Positions 1-9,894 of a stretch of 16,108 nucleotides of DNA are shown here, piece by piece. The stretch covers positions 1 to 16,108 of the forward strand of contig JBBSQY010000063.1 in the NCBI GenBank assembly GCA_038243585.1. The letters are read 5' to 3'. The translations under genes were made by a program, and so were the position numbers. How positions within the stretch are numbered: the first letter of the stretch is position 1; each line of letters starts with the position of its first letter. The notes below the pieces were generated by a model. The model saw nothing but the letters and a program-made list of their open reading frames with translations, did no database searches and was not told where the DNA came from. This DNA comes from Candidatus Sumerlaeales bacterium. Lineage in GTDB: Bacteria; Sumerlaeota; Sumerlaeia; Sumerlaeales; Sumerlaeaceae.

Positions 1-2
1 AT

Positions 3-1955
3 CTGGAAAAGATTATCGCGGACAACGTGGCGGAAAAATTTGTGAGTGTGGTGGGCGAGCGCCCCATGCTGGTTGTCAACAATACAGGCGAGGCGGACAA
101 CGTAACGGAGGTTCTTCGCGCAGGAGGCATTCCTCTGCACCTGGTTTCCATCGGCGCGTACAAAATGGATATCAACCAGCTTTCCGGCTATAAGGGCGTG
201 ATCCTCAACAACGTTTCAATAACCGGTCTGCCGAAAAAGGTCATTGATGACCTTGGCCGATTTGTGACGCAGGAGGGCGGCGGGTTGCTCGTGTCGGGGG
301 GTAATCGCAGTTTCGGTGCCGGGGGATACTATCGGTCGGCGCTGGAAGATGTGCTGCCGGTTTCGCTGGAAGACAGGCGCCAGAACAAGAAGATCAGCGG
401 AGCGTTTTGTTTCGTGCTGGATCGCAGCGGGAGTATGGCGATGGAGGTGCCGTCCGGCGGAACGAAGATGGATCTGGCCAACGCCGCCGCAGTGGAAGCG
501 CTCGGCCTGCTCGGGCCGGCAGACAGCATTTCCGTCATCGCTGTCGATAGTTCGGCGCACATTTTCGTGCCGCAGCAGTCGGTGGAAGAGCCGGGCCAAA
601 TCGCGTCGCAGATTCGCGGCATTGAGAGTATGGGTGGCGGTATTTACACCTATACAGGCCTTGTGGCAGCGTCCACGCAGATCGCCGGCGCGACCCAGGC
701 GAACAAGCACGTGCTGCTGTTTGCCGACGCCGCCGACGCTGAGGAGCCGGGCGAATACGAAGAACTGCTGGAAAAATTTGTGGCGGCGGGAATCTCGGTG
801 AGCGTGGTGGGCCTGGGCACGGAGCAGGATGTGGACGCGGAATTTCTGAAAGACGTGGCGAAGCGCGGCGGCGGCAACGTCTATTTTACCCAGGATCCCG
901 GCCAGCTCATCCAGTTTTTTACCGCCGATACGATTCAGTACACCCGCAAAAATTTCATCGAAGATCCTGCGCCCATGAAAGTCCTGCCCGGCGCTTTTAC
1001 GATGTCGCCGGAACAGACCTGGCGGGATTTCTCGTCTGCGGATTACAATTTGTTGTTCCCCAGGGAAGGCGCCGAGGTGGCCATTATGACGGCCAACGGC
1101 GACGATTCGCCGGTGTTGGCGTTCTGGCAGAGAGGCGTGGGACGAACCGCGAGTCTGGCTCTGGACGCTGGTGGAGATTTTAGCGATCAACCGGATTTCC
1201 CCGATGTCGTTCTGAGCGCGGCGCGGTGGATCATGGGCAGCAATGTGAACGACAACTTTCAGGTGGCGAGCGAGACGAACGGCAATTACGCGCGTATCAC
1301 GATGGAGGTGAGTGATGAGGAACGGGCGGCGATGGGCCAGGCGCGGTTGACGATGTTCGCGCCGGATGGAACAACCATAGAGCAGCCGCTCCAGTGGGAT
1401 ACCTGGAATCGGATGTCAGCGGACATTCGCCTGACCCAGACGGGCGCATGGCGGGGTATCATTCAGGTGGGCGACCAATCGTACCGGGTGGGGCCGGTGA
1501 GTATGCCGGTTTCTCCAGAATTCGCGTGGCGGGGAGACGCCGGTAGCGGGCGAGAAACCCTGTTGGAACTGGCGGCGCTCACCAACGGTCGGGAACTGCT
1601 GGATATTAATCCGCTATTCGAGAGAAGGAATGCGAGCGTTGTGAGCCAGCCGCTTATCTACCCGTTGCTGATTCTGCTTGTGCTGATGCTGCTGGCAGAA
1701 ATCGCCGAAAGCAGGTTTGGCGGGGCGCAGTTGATGAAAGGTAAGGTGGAAACTATTGCCAAAAGTTTGAGAAGTGGTAAGAAACCGAGACCCGTAAAAA
1801 AAGTAAACGCGAGGATGGAGGAGGGTGAGGTACCGACATCCGAGCCATTGGAGAAACCTGTATTAGTTAAAGAGACTTTGGCTCCTGCAGAGGAAATGAA
1901 TTACCTGGCGGGCGTAAAAGCCCGCGCGCGGAAGTCTATGAAGGATAAGAAATAA
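3..1955 (+). CDS. vWA-domain protein with class-I glutamine amidotransferase-like domain and C-terminal transmembrane helix (5'-truncated)
   Basis: The frame is open from base 3 (LEKIIADNV...), so the GTG at 27 is probably not the real start. GATase-like segment (YKGVILNNV...FVTQEGGGLLVSGGNRSFGAGGY...LEDVLPV, resuming at WQRGVGRTA). vWA MIDAS motif FVLDRSGSM, plus GGGIYTY and VLLFAD. Hydrophobic helix LIYPLLILLVLMLLAEIA followed by a Lys-rich tail. Confidence 0.8.
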   Translation: MEKIIADNVAEKFVSVVGERPMLVVNNTGEADNVTEVLRAGGIPLHLVSIGAYKMDINQLSGYKGVILNNVSITGLPKKVIDDLGRFVTQEGGGLLVSGGNRSFGAGGYYRSALEDVLPVSLEDRRQNKKISGAFCFVLDRSGSMAMEVPSGGTKMDLANAAAVEALGLLGPADSISVIAVDSSAHIFVPQQSVEEPGQIASQIRGIESMGGGIYTYTGLVAASTQIAGATQANKHVLLFADAADAEEPGEYEELLEKFVAAGISVSVVGLGTEQDVDAEFLKDVAKRGGGNVYFTQDPGQLIQFFTADTIQYTRKNFIEDPAPMKVLPGAFTMSPEQTWRDFSSADYNLLFPREGAEVAIMTANGDDSPVLAFWQRGVGRTASLALDAGGDFSDQPDFPDVVLSAARWIMGSNVNDNFQVASETNGNYARITMEVSDEERAAMGQARLTMFAPDGTTIEQPLQWDTWNRMSADIRLTQTGAWRGIIQVGDQSYRVGPVSMPVSPEFAWRGDAGSGRETLLELAALTNGRELLDINPLFERRNASVVSQPLIYPLLILLVLMLLAEIAESRFGGAQLMKGKVETIAKSLRSGKKPRPVKKVNARMEEGEVPTSEPLEKPVLVKETLAPAEEMNYLAGVKARARKSMKDKK

Positions 1956-2302
1956 GCAGGGCTGGGACGGATGCCAATCATGCTGACTTCTCCTTCGGGC
2001 GCAATACCTGCTTAAGGTGATTACCTAAACAATCCTCACTATTAAAAAAATTAATTAGCGAATGCGATGGAAATGCAAACGTTTGACGGTGTTGTCGGTA
2101 GTATGCTTTTTACACCATTCATTACGTACGCCACCTAGCGGAAAGCCTGTAACGTGTGCAGTTTATCCATAGACAACCCTGACCCGGAATTGAACATCAC
2201 TTATTGTCCGCAAGCGTCACGTTTTCGGTCAAACTTTGTTTTCTTTTCCAGTGAATCCCCCGTGGCATTACCGCTAATACAGTCGACGGTGAACAGATAA
2301 AG

Positions 2303-5134
2303 ATGACGATAGATTCGGCCCTGGCGTCTAACGCCGATTATTTGGAGCAAAGTTATCAAGCCTGGAAACGCGATCGTGAAAGCGTTCCGGCGGATTTGGC
2401 CCATTTTTTTGATGGGTTTGATTTTGCGCAGAATAGCAGTTGCGGGATATCCGGACAGAAACAGTCCGCCGTCGACCGGCTGGTATATAGCTACCGGGAT
2501 ATCGGGCATCGTGTAGCCCAGATTAATCCCCTGGGTGATAATCCAGTAGATACCCCCAACCTGAATCTTGAAGAGTTTGGGCTGAGCGAAGCAGACCTTG
2601 ATACGGTTTTTGATTCTGACGACATCCCTGGTATTGAAGTAGCGCCCCTGCGTCAGATTATTGACCACCTGAAAGCCACTTATTGTGGTTTTATTGGCGT
2701 TGAGTATATGCACATCCAGGATATGGCGGAGCGCCAGTGGCTCCAGGAACGCATGGAAGGGACGCGGAATCAGCCGAATTTCACCCGCGACCAGCATTTG
2801 CGGATCCTCTGGAAGCTGCGCAAAGCGGAGATGTTTGAGCAATATCTGCACACGACTTACCGGGGGCAGAAGCGGTTTTCTCTCGAAGGAGCGGAGACTC
2901 TGATTCCCGCGCTGGACCGCCTGCTTGAGCTGTCGGTAGCCGCCGGAATTCATGAAATAATTCTCGGAATGACCCATCGCGGACGACTGAACGTGCTGGC
3001 CAACATCCTTGAAAAAAGTTACAATGACGTCTTTTCCGAGTTTGAAGACAACTTTCAACAGGACACCATCCATGGCGATGGCGACGTTAAGTATCATAAA
3101 GGTTTTTCTAATGATCTCCGGGTCAACGGTCAGGATATCCATGTCTCTCTGACCCCTAACCCCAGCCACCTTGAGATGGTCGGTCCAGTTGTGGCGGGCA
3201 AAGTGCGTGCGAAGCAGGCCATGCGCCTCGACAAAGAACGAAAAACCGTTCTGCCCTTTATCATCCACGGCGATGCGGCCTTCGCAGGTCAGGGAATAGT
3301 GGCTGAAACTTTCAATCTTTCTCAACTGCGCGGCTACCGCACCGGCGGTACCTTGCATTTCATTATCAACAACCAAGTAGGGTTTACCACTACAGCCATT
3401 GATTATCTGAGCGGCCTTTATTGCACGGACGTAGCCAAGATGATGGCCGTGCCCATATTTCACGTCAATGGCGACCAGCCTGAGCATGTGCTCCACTGCA
3501 TGGATATGGCCATGGAATATCGTCAGACCTTTGGTAAAGACGTGGTTATCGATATGTGGTGTTACCGTCGCCATGGTCATAATGAAGGCGACGAGCCATC
3601 GTTTACACAGCCGCTTCTTTATAATCGGATTCGTAAGCACCCCAGCGTCGACGACCTCTACGGAGAAGAGTTGGCGAAAAAAGGGGAAGACGCGCTGGAA
3701 GAGACGACAGCGTTGGCCCTGGAGTTTGAAAAACGCCTGGACGAAGCAAAGCGTCAGGCCGCGAAAATTGAAGATCGGGAATACTCGACAGACGGCTTCA
3801 AAGGGGGCAAGTGGCGTGAATTGCGCGGGCAATACGCGCACGAGCTTGTGGAAACCCGCGCCTCTATTGAAGACCTTCGCCTCGCAGGCGAGACCCTGGC
3901 GAATCTGCCCGAAGGATTGAACATCCACCGGGTTCCCCGGGACCAGATGGAAAAAATCCGTCAGGCGACCATGGGCGAAGGCGAACTTCGCTGGGCAGAA
4001 GCGGAGCTGCTTTCGTTTGGGACCCTATTGATAGATGGCTCCGGAGTACGCCTGAGCGGCGAAGACAGCGGACGAGGAACTTTCAGCCAGCGCCACGCCA
4101 TCCTGTATGATCAAAAGACCGGCGAAAAGTTTGTTCCTCTCGCCCAGCTGGACAAGGGCAATGTAGAATTTAAATGCTACGATTCGAGCCTGGCAGAACT
4201 CTCGGTTCTCGCGTTTGAGTACGGCTATTCTCTCGGAGACCCCAGCAAGCTGATTATGTGGGAAGCGCAGTTTGGCGATTTCGCCAATGGTGCCCAAGTG
4301 ATCATCGACCAGTTTCTCGCGGCGGGACAGAGCAAATGGAGTCGCATGAGCGGCTTAGTGATGCTGCTGCCCCACGGATACGAAGGGCAGGGGCCGGAAC
4401 ATTCGAACGCCTGGCTCAGCCGATATCTTACCCTCTGTGCGGAAGACAACCTGCAGGTGGTGAATCCGACCACGCCCGCCCAATATTTTCACCTGTTGCG
4501 TCGTCAGGTAAAACGGGATTTCCGTACGCCTCTCGTTGTAATGACACCGAAGAGCCTGCTCCGGCGTCCCGGCGTGACAAGCCCGGTCACGGACCTGGCC
4601 GAAGGACATTTTCAGGAAATCATCGATGATCCCCGCCAGCCCTCAAATGTGCGCCGATTGGTGCTTTGTTGCGGCAAGGTGTATTATGATCTGATGGATA
4701 AGACCAAGTCTGAAGATGTTAATGCGGATGATGTGGCAATCGTGCGTATTGAGCAACTCTATCCGTTTCATCCGGAAAAGTGGAAAGAACTCGCAGAAAA
4801 ATACGATAACGTAAAGGAATGGGTCTGGGTTAGCGAAGAACCCGTCAACTATGGGGCTTGGGCGTTTATACGGCAGCATTTGGAATCCATGTATGATGGT
4901 TCCCTTTGGTATGTCGGGCGGGCGCGATCCGCGTCTCCCGCCACAGGCAGCAAACGAGCCCACGATCATCAGCAGGAATTGATCGTAAATTATGCGCTGC
5001 AGTCAGGTCCCCTGGCTGCAGAGCTTGTTGACGGAGTAACCGCGTTTACGCTCGGTGATAAACTATGGCACATGAAATCAAAATCCCGTCGGTCGGTGAA
5101 TCGGTCAGTGAAGGAACCCTCGCACAGTGGCTGA
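2303..5134 (+). CDS. sucA: 2-oxoglutarate dehydrogenase E1 component
   Basis: E1o signatures [48 protein letters not shown]; ThDP motif [10 protein letters not shown]...[61 protein letters not shown]. Confidence 0.98.
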   Translation: MTIDSALASNADYLEQSYQAWKRDRESVPADLAHFFDGFDFAQNSSCGISGQKQSAVDRLVYSYRDIGHRVAQINPLGDNPVDTPNLNLEEFGLSEADLDTVFDSDDIPGIEVAPLRQIIDHLKATYCGFIGVEYMHIQDMAERQWLQERMEGTRNQPNFTRDQHLRILWKLRKAEMFEQYLHTTYRGQKRFSLEGAETLIPALDRLLELSVAAGIHEIILGMTHRGRLNVLANILEKSYNDVFSEFEDNFQQDTIHGDGDVKYHKGFSNDLRVNGQDIHVSLTPNPSHLEMVGPVVAGKVRAKQAMRLDKERKTVLPFIIHGDAAFAGQGIVAETFNLSQLRGYRTGGTLHFIINNQVGFTTTAIDYLSGLYCTDVAKMMAVPIFHVNGDQPEHVLHCMDMAMEYRQTFGKDVVIDMWCYRRHGHNEGDEPSFTQPLLYNRIRKHPSVDDLYGEELAKKGEDALEETTALALEFEKRLDEAKRQAAKIEDREYSTDGFKGGKWRELRGQYAHELVETRASIEDLRLAGETLANLPEGLNIHRVPRDQMEKIRQATMGEGELRWAEAELLSFGTLLIDGSGVRLSGEDSGRGTFSQRHAILYDQKTGEKFVPLAQLDKGNVEFKCYDSSLAELSVLAFEYGYSLGDPSKLIMWEAQFGDFANGAQVIIDQFLAAGQSKWSRMSGLVMLLPHGYEGQGPEHSNAWLSRYLTLCAEDNLQVVNPTTPAQYFHLLRRQVKRDFRTPLVVMTPKSLLRRPGVTSPVTDLAEGHFQEIIDDPRQPSNVRRLVLCCGKVYYDLMDKTKSEDVNADDVAIVRIEQLYPFHPEKWKELAEKYDNVKEWVWVSEEPVNYGAWAFIRQHLESMYDGSLWYVGRARSASPATGSKRAHDHQQELIVNYALQSGPLAAELVDGVTAFTLGDKLWHMKSKSRRSVNRSVKEPSHSG

Positions 5135-6663
5135 AAAGCGACGGCGATTTGGTCAAAAAAGGTGAGAACATTGTTGTCATTGATACGGAAAAGGCCAGCC
5201 AGGATCTGCCCGCCGACGTAAGCGGTCGCTTGCGGATTACGGTGAAAGAAGGCACCGATGTCAAAATTGGCGCTGTTATCGGCCATATTGAAGACGATGC
5301 CGCGGGTGATTCTGCGCCAGACAAAACCGCGGTGCCCGCTGCGAAATCTGAGTCCTCCGAACCTCTGCAAAAATCCTCTTCCAACACAAATAACGCTTCT
5401 GTTGCCCAGGCACAATCGTCCTCTCCCTCCGCCGCGCAAACGTCCGGTAAATCTTATGATATCGTTGTGCCATCTGCCGGCGAATCCATCAGCGAAGGTA
5501 CCATCGCCCAGTGGGTTAAAAAAGACGGCGACCACGTTGTAAAGGGCGAAGATATTGTCGTCATTGACACGGAAAAAGCGTCTAGTGATTGTCAGGCAGA
5601 GCATTCCGGCATTTTGAGAACCCTTGCCGCGACCGGCGAAGACGTGAAAATTGGTCAGGTTATCGGGCGCATCGAGGCGACCGATGAGGCGACCGATGAC
5701 GGGAGAAAGGCGGAGGAATCAAAACAGGCCCTTCATATCGCCTCTCCGACTCCACAACCTGGAACTAGTCAGCCTCCCGACCAGGTGCCAGCTGCCGAAG
5801 CGCGGGACGCTGAAATGGAAAATCGCCCCCCGATTGCTCCGGAAAAAGGGGAAAACCGAGCCGATCCTGAAAAGGTCGCGGACGCGAACAGATCAGCAGC
5901 CTCAACCAAACCGTCAGCCGCCCCAGCCCAGCCCGCTCGTGCGTCCGCAACCAATGACGGGGATCAGCGCGTAACCCGTGAACCGATGACCCGCATGCGC
6001 CGCACTATCGCCGCACATCTGCTAAAGGCAAAACAGGAAACTGCTATGCTGACCACCTTCAGTGAGGTGGATATGTCGGCTATTATGGCAATGCGGAAAA
6101 AGCACGGCGAAGCCTTCCTAAAGCGCCACGGCATAAAACTGGGCTTTATGAGCTTCTTCATTCAGGCATGCGCGGATGGTCTTCAACGCTTTCCCCTGGT
6201 TAATGCGTCGCTGGATGGTAACGATATCGAGTATCACCACTACGTAAATATGGCCATAGCCGTAAGCACGGAGCGCGGTCTGGCGGTTCCGGTTATCCGT
6301 AACGCGGATGCAATGAGCTTCGCAGAAATTGAATCCGCTTTGATGGGCCTCGCCCAAAAGGCCAAAACTGGACGTATACCTCTGGAAGATTTAAAGGGCG
6401 GTACGTTTACCATCACCAACGGCGGCGTGTTCGGCAGTATGATGTCCACTCCGCTGATCAATCCACCGCAGGTGGCCATTCTCGGAATGCACTCCATTGA
6501 CCAGAGAGCTGTCGTGATCGACGGCAAGGTGGAAGTGCGACCCATGATGTATCTGGCTCTCAGCTACGATCACCGTCTCATCGATGGCAAAGAAGCCGTT
6601 CAGTTCCTCGCCCACGTAAAAGACAGAATAGCAGCTCCGGAACGGTTGCTTATCGGGTTGTAG
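5065..6663 (+). CDS. sucB: Dihydrolipoyllysine-residue succinyltransferase (E2o) with two lipoyl domains
   Basis: Two N-terminal lipoyl domains ([12 protein letters not shown]...[16 protein letters not shown]...TEKA), Ala/Pro/Ser linkers, catalytic domain ([50 protein letters not shown]). SD-like GGTGA upstream of ATG 5065; follows sucA. Confidence 0.97.
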   Translation: MAHEIKIPSVGESVSEGTLAQWLKSDGDLVKKGENIVVIDTEKASQDLPADVSGRLRITVKEGTDVKIGAVIGHIEDDAAGDSAPDKTAVPAAKSESSEPLQKSSSNTNNASVAQAQSSSPSAAQTSGKSYDIVVPSAGESISEGTIAQWVKKDGDHVVKGEDIVVIDTEKASSDCQAEHSGILRTLAATGEDVKIGQVIGRIEATDEATDDGRKAEESKQALHIASPTPQPGTSQPPDQVPAAEARDAEMENRPPIAPEKGENRADPEKVADANRSAASTKPSAAPAQPARASATNDGDQRVTREPMTRMRRTIAAHLLKAKQETAMLTTFSEVDMSAIMAMRKKHGEAFLKRHGIKLGFMSFFIQACADGLQRFPLVNASLDGNDIEYHHYVNMAIAVSTERGLAVPVIRNADAMSFAEIESALMGLAQKAKTGRIPLEDLKGGTFTITNGGVFGSMMSTPLINPPQVAILGMHSIDQRAVVIDGKVEVRPMMYLALSYDHRLIDGKEAVQFLAHVKDRIAAPERLLIGL

Positions 6664-6884
6664 GTTTATGACAGGTAACGCTTGAGATTGCAATCTTGCC
6701 ACCCTTGTTATCTTAAAGCAGCCCAATTAATATTATTAGTGCATTTACTTTACGGCTCCAAATGGATACCGTGACCGTAGTTACTACGCCCATTTTGACG
6801 ACCTTGCTCGATGCCTTCCAGCATGAAATAGGTAAGTAGATGGCTTTGATTGGCAGATGGTAAACCAAGTCTCCGCTCAGCACA

Positions 6885-7050
6885 TCGTAGTGCGGAGTAC
6901 CCCGGTTGGGCACGTTTACGTCGGCGCCCGCCTTTACAAGTTCTTCTACTAGAGCGGTGGGTAACGAGTTGTGAAGAGCGGTATTACCATCTTATCCCGT
7001 CTGGAAACTAGATCGGGTGCAAACTTTACTATAGTTCTGCAATACTTTTC
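6885..7050 (-). pseudogene. Degenerate ankyrin-repeat gene fragment
   Basis: My translation of the minus strand gives ...TIVKFAPDLVSRRDK, then after a 1-nt frameshift near 6992 DGNTALHNSLPTALVEELVKAGADVNVPNRGTPHY. This fits the ankyrin consensus D-x-x-G-x-T-A/P-L-H...L-L-x-x-G-A-D-V-N. Boundaries are approximate. Confidence 0.65.
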
Positions 7051-7070
7051 GTCACACAGGCTATCGCTCA

Positions 7071-9872
7071 CTACATCCCTTCAAGCATCTTTTTTGAAGT
7101 CTTTTTCCGTAGGGGTTCCACACCCGCAAGCAGGGGCGACAGCATTGCTTCGTATCGGCCTAGCAGGTGCTCCGCCCGGTGGCGGTCGTCGGTGAAGGGT
7201 TTTGGATTGTAGAGTTTGTCGACGGCGAGGTCCAGGGTTTGGTGTGCTTTTCTGAGCACCGGCGGCATGGCCGTTAGGTCGTAGAGATCGGCGAGGGTGG
7301 AGTCGGGGAACCGGGCACGGGCGTCGAGAACTTTTTTTGCGTGGGCGTCCAGCCTGAGCTTTTGCGCGTCGGTGATGTCGGGAAGCGGGAACGTGTTGTA
7401 GACGATTCCGATGGTGTATCGGTAGTCGCTTTTAAGTCGGCCTCCTATTGTCCGAAGCCACGCCATGTGCATACGGGAGGTCAAAAGAGCGAACAGCCAT
7501 GGGGAGGCATTGGGAAGAACTTGCAGGAGATCACTGGGCACTACCGGCGGGTCCAAATAGGCTATTGGGGCATACTCGCGTCTTTCTGAGCTTACTTTTG
7601 GGACTGCTAAAAATGAAGCGGTCGGCAATACATTAACATGGAAGCGAGTGGGTGAATCTGATATTGCTTGAGTCGGTGAGCTCCTACTTTTCGATCGGTA
7701 TTCCCGGACACGCTTCAGCCTTTCCATCACATATGGCATAGCTCTGAGCTCCGCAGGAGTTGCGTCTTGTAAGGCAAGGATATAGCGGACGCTTCCATTG
7801 ATCAGTTCGTAAGCACCAACATAGGGACGTAAATAGATTTCAGCCTTCGGCTCGAGGATAAGAAATGCTGCGCGTTCTTCCTCCGAAAATATCAGATGTC
7901 CGCCGTCAATAGGTTTCGATCCGATGATCAACTGGGGTAATTCATTTATTGGGCGGGCCTCTTCACGCACCACAATATGCGGGTCGTTCAGATTACCAGC
8001 GTCGATCAGGTACGGGGACAGCTTCGCGTGGGTCGACTCGACCGGGTCACCCTTGATGTCGGGATAGGTGAAGAGCCGCTTTACCTTCGGCTCATCTTCC
8101 CGGCGGGAAAGGCCAAGGACCACCACATGGACATGAGCCATGCCCCGGGCGTCGCTGCCCCAGGCGAAGGTGCGGTGGCCATAGGCTATTTCCAGGTCAC
8201 ACCGGTTGAACATAAGCGGCCACAGCTGAGCCACCTGTTCACCTTGAATAATGGAGTTCGTGGCCACGAAACCGATTCGCGGAATGCCCCCTCGCGCGAA
8301 CTCTCCGGCTTTTATAAACCAGGCAGTCACGTAGTCCAGCGTTCCCCCGGTTTTGCCCAGGTCGGCAATGCGGCGGACCTGTCCGCGTTGCAGTTCCGAC
8401 TGGTATTTCGCGCCGATAAACGGTGGATTTCCGAAGACATAATTGCACTCATCCGCCGGCAGCACCGCGTTCCAGTCCATCTCCAGCGCGTCCGCGTGGT
8501 GAATACGTGGCGAAGTTTTAAGGGGGATGCGAAGAAAGACTTCTCCGAAGTGGAGAGAGATTTTATTATTGGCGATGTGGTCAGTCATCCACATGGCAAC
8601 CTCGGCGATACGGGCGGGGAACTCGCCGATCTCTATGCCATAGAACTGATCGACGTTCGTCTGCACCAGCCACATCTGATTTTCATCGGTGCCCCTGGTC
8701 AGTTCGATTAGCACCTGCAATTCCAGCTCACGCAGTTCCCGGTAGGCGATGATCAGGAAATTTCCGCAGCCGCAGGCCGGGTCGAAAAACTTGAGACTGG
8801 CCAGTTTGTTCTGAAACGTGAGAAGCGCCTCCCGGCGGTTCTTGGTTCCCCGCCTCTTCAGTCTCCCGAATTCCGCCCGAAGTTCATCCAGGAACAACGG
8901 TTCGATGACCTTGAGAATGTTCTTCTCCGTGGTGTAATGCGCCCCCTGTTTGCGCCGTTCTTTTTCGTCCAACACGCTTTGGAAAAGCGCTCCGAAAATA
9001 GCCGGAGAAATTTTGCTCCAGTTGAACCGGCACGCCAAAAGCAGTTGCCGGCGCATGACCTCCGTAAACGCGGGCACCCGCAGCCGCTCGGCGAACAAAT
9101 CGCCGTTGAGAAACGGAAACGCCTTCAGGTCTTCGTCCAGGCTGGTCTGGCGCTCATCCTCCGGCTGGTTAAGCACGTCGAACAGCATAGCAAGCCACTG
9201 GCCCACGTCCGCCCCGTCTTCCGAGGTGCGCTGTTCGATCAAATCCGTGAAAATGTCGCGGGGTTCGAAGATGCCGGTGTCATCCGCGAAGAGACAAAAC
9301 AGCAGGCGCACCAGCAGCCGTTCCAAATCGTGGCCCAGATAGCCCGACGCTTTTAAAGCATCATGCAGATGGCCCATGAGTTCCGACGCTTCGATGTTGG
9401 CCGGGTCCTGATCGCGGAATACCCGTTTTTCGATGCCGAGAATGAAACCAAAGTGTTCAACGTTAGCGGATAGTTCCGAAAGCGGAAACCGGACCTCCGT
9501 GCCCAGCTCCAGATCATAAAGCTCGAAGGTCTGGAAGTCCGACAACAGCAGATAGCGCGGCAGTTCAGCATCTTTGAGGCCCGGAAAGTAGTCGAACGCC
9601 TGGGTTTTGGCGGGAACCAGCTTGCGCCCGGCGCTCTTTTGCTCGACAAGCAGCACGCCCTTCCAGAACATATCAAGGTAACCGCGCCTGCCTTCCGACA
9701 GGTTTTTCACCGGGTGCTCAAACGTGGCGACCTTCCGGCGCCGGACGCCGAACACCTGGAAGAAGTCATTATAGAAGCTCTGGGTTTCGCCCCGTTCATA
9801 ATGGGCGTCGCGCCATTCTTCTGCTAAGCGCGATGCGTTCGCGCGTATTTGGTTCCAGCTTAAGCGGCTCAT
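7071..9872 (-). CDS. MmeI-like Type IIL restriction-modification enzyme (fused endonuclease, N6-adenine methyltransferase and target-recognition domain; YeeA-like)
   Basis: 933 aa. N-terminal PD-(D/E)xK-like nuclease (ERGETQSFYNDFFQVFG...GYLDMFWKGVLLVEQKS), RLLFCLFADDTGIF, ISPAIFGALFQ, GAHYT, motif I FFDPACGCGNFL, motif IV GNPPF, TNSIIQGEQV, GGRLKSDYRY, and C-terminal TLADLY...MPPVLRKAH..LD.AVDKLY, all typical of the MmeI family. Confidence 0.93.
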   Translation of the reverse strand: MSRLSWNQIRANASRLAEEWRDAHYERGETQSFYNDFFQVFGVRRRKVATFEHPVKNLSEGRRGYLDMFWKGVLLVEQKSAGRKLVPAKTQAFDYFPGLKDAELPRYLLLSDFQTFELYDLELGTEVRFPLSELSANVEHFGFILGIEKRVFRDQDPANIEASELMGHLHDALKASGYLGHDLERLLVRLLFCLFADDTGIFEPRDIFTDLIEQRTSEDGADVGQWLAMLFDVLNQPEDERQTSLDEDLKAFPFLNGDLFAERLRVPAFTEVMRRQLLLACRFNWSKISPAIFGALFQSVLDEKERRKQGAHYTTEKNILKVIEPLFLDELRAEFGRLKRRGTKNRREALLTFQNKLASLKFFDPACGCGNFLIIAYRELRELELQVLIELTRGTDENQMWLVQTNVDQFYGIEIGEFPARIAEVAMWMTDHIANNKISLHFGEVFLRIPLKTSPRIHHADALEMDWNAVLPADECNYVFGNPPFIGAKYQSELQRGQVRRIADLGKTGGTLDYVTAWFIKAGEFARGGIPRIGFVATNSIIQGEQVAQLWPLMFNRCDLEIAYGHRTFAWGSDARGMAHVHVVVLGLSRREDEPKVKRLFTYPDIKGDPVESTHAKLSPYLIDAGNLNDPHIVVREEARPINELPQLIIGSKPIDGGHLIFSEEERAAFLILEPKAEIYLRPYVGAYELINGSVRYILALQDATPAELRAMPYVMERLKRVREYRSKSRSSPTQAISDSPTRFHVNVLPTASFLAVPKVSSERREYAPIAYLDPPVVPSDLLQVLPNASPWLFALLTSRMHMAWLRTIGGRLKSDYRYTIGIVYNTFPLPDITDAQKLRLDAHAKKVLDARARFPDSTLADLYDLTAMPPVLRKAHQTLDLAVDKLYNPKPFTDDRHRAEHLLGRYEAMLSPLLAGVEPLRKKTSKKMLEGM

Positions 9873-9894
9873 GATCTCATTTCATTTGGCAGGC

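Noticed and set aside
216..1190. 324-aa minus-strand ORF and other short ORFs nested in the vWA, sucAB, RM, helicase, yicC and ROK genes
   Set aside because: Antisense or alternate-frame ORFs expected in GC-rich coding DNA; no protein-like signatures.
2201..3928. 575-aa minus-strand ORF
   Set aside because: Antisense shadow of the well-supported sucA; no recognisable motifs.
6673..6713. Integron attC site (TAAC...GTTA hairpin)
   Set aside because: About 41 bp, shorter than known attC sites; R boxes do not fit RYYYAAC/GTTRRRY; no integrase or cassette array.
6713..7195. 66-aa minus ORF (6713..6913) and 74-aa plus ORF (6971..7195) as independent genes
   Set aside because: The first is the run-out of the ankyrin relic frame; the second is antisense to the relic and the RM 3' end.
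8892..8903. Second GAAC-N4-GTTC match (GAACAACGGTTC)
   Set aside because: Lies deep inside the RM coding region, encoding the conserved IEPLF segment; probably chance.
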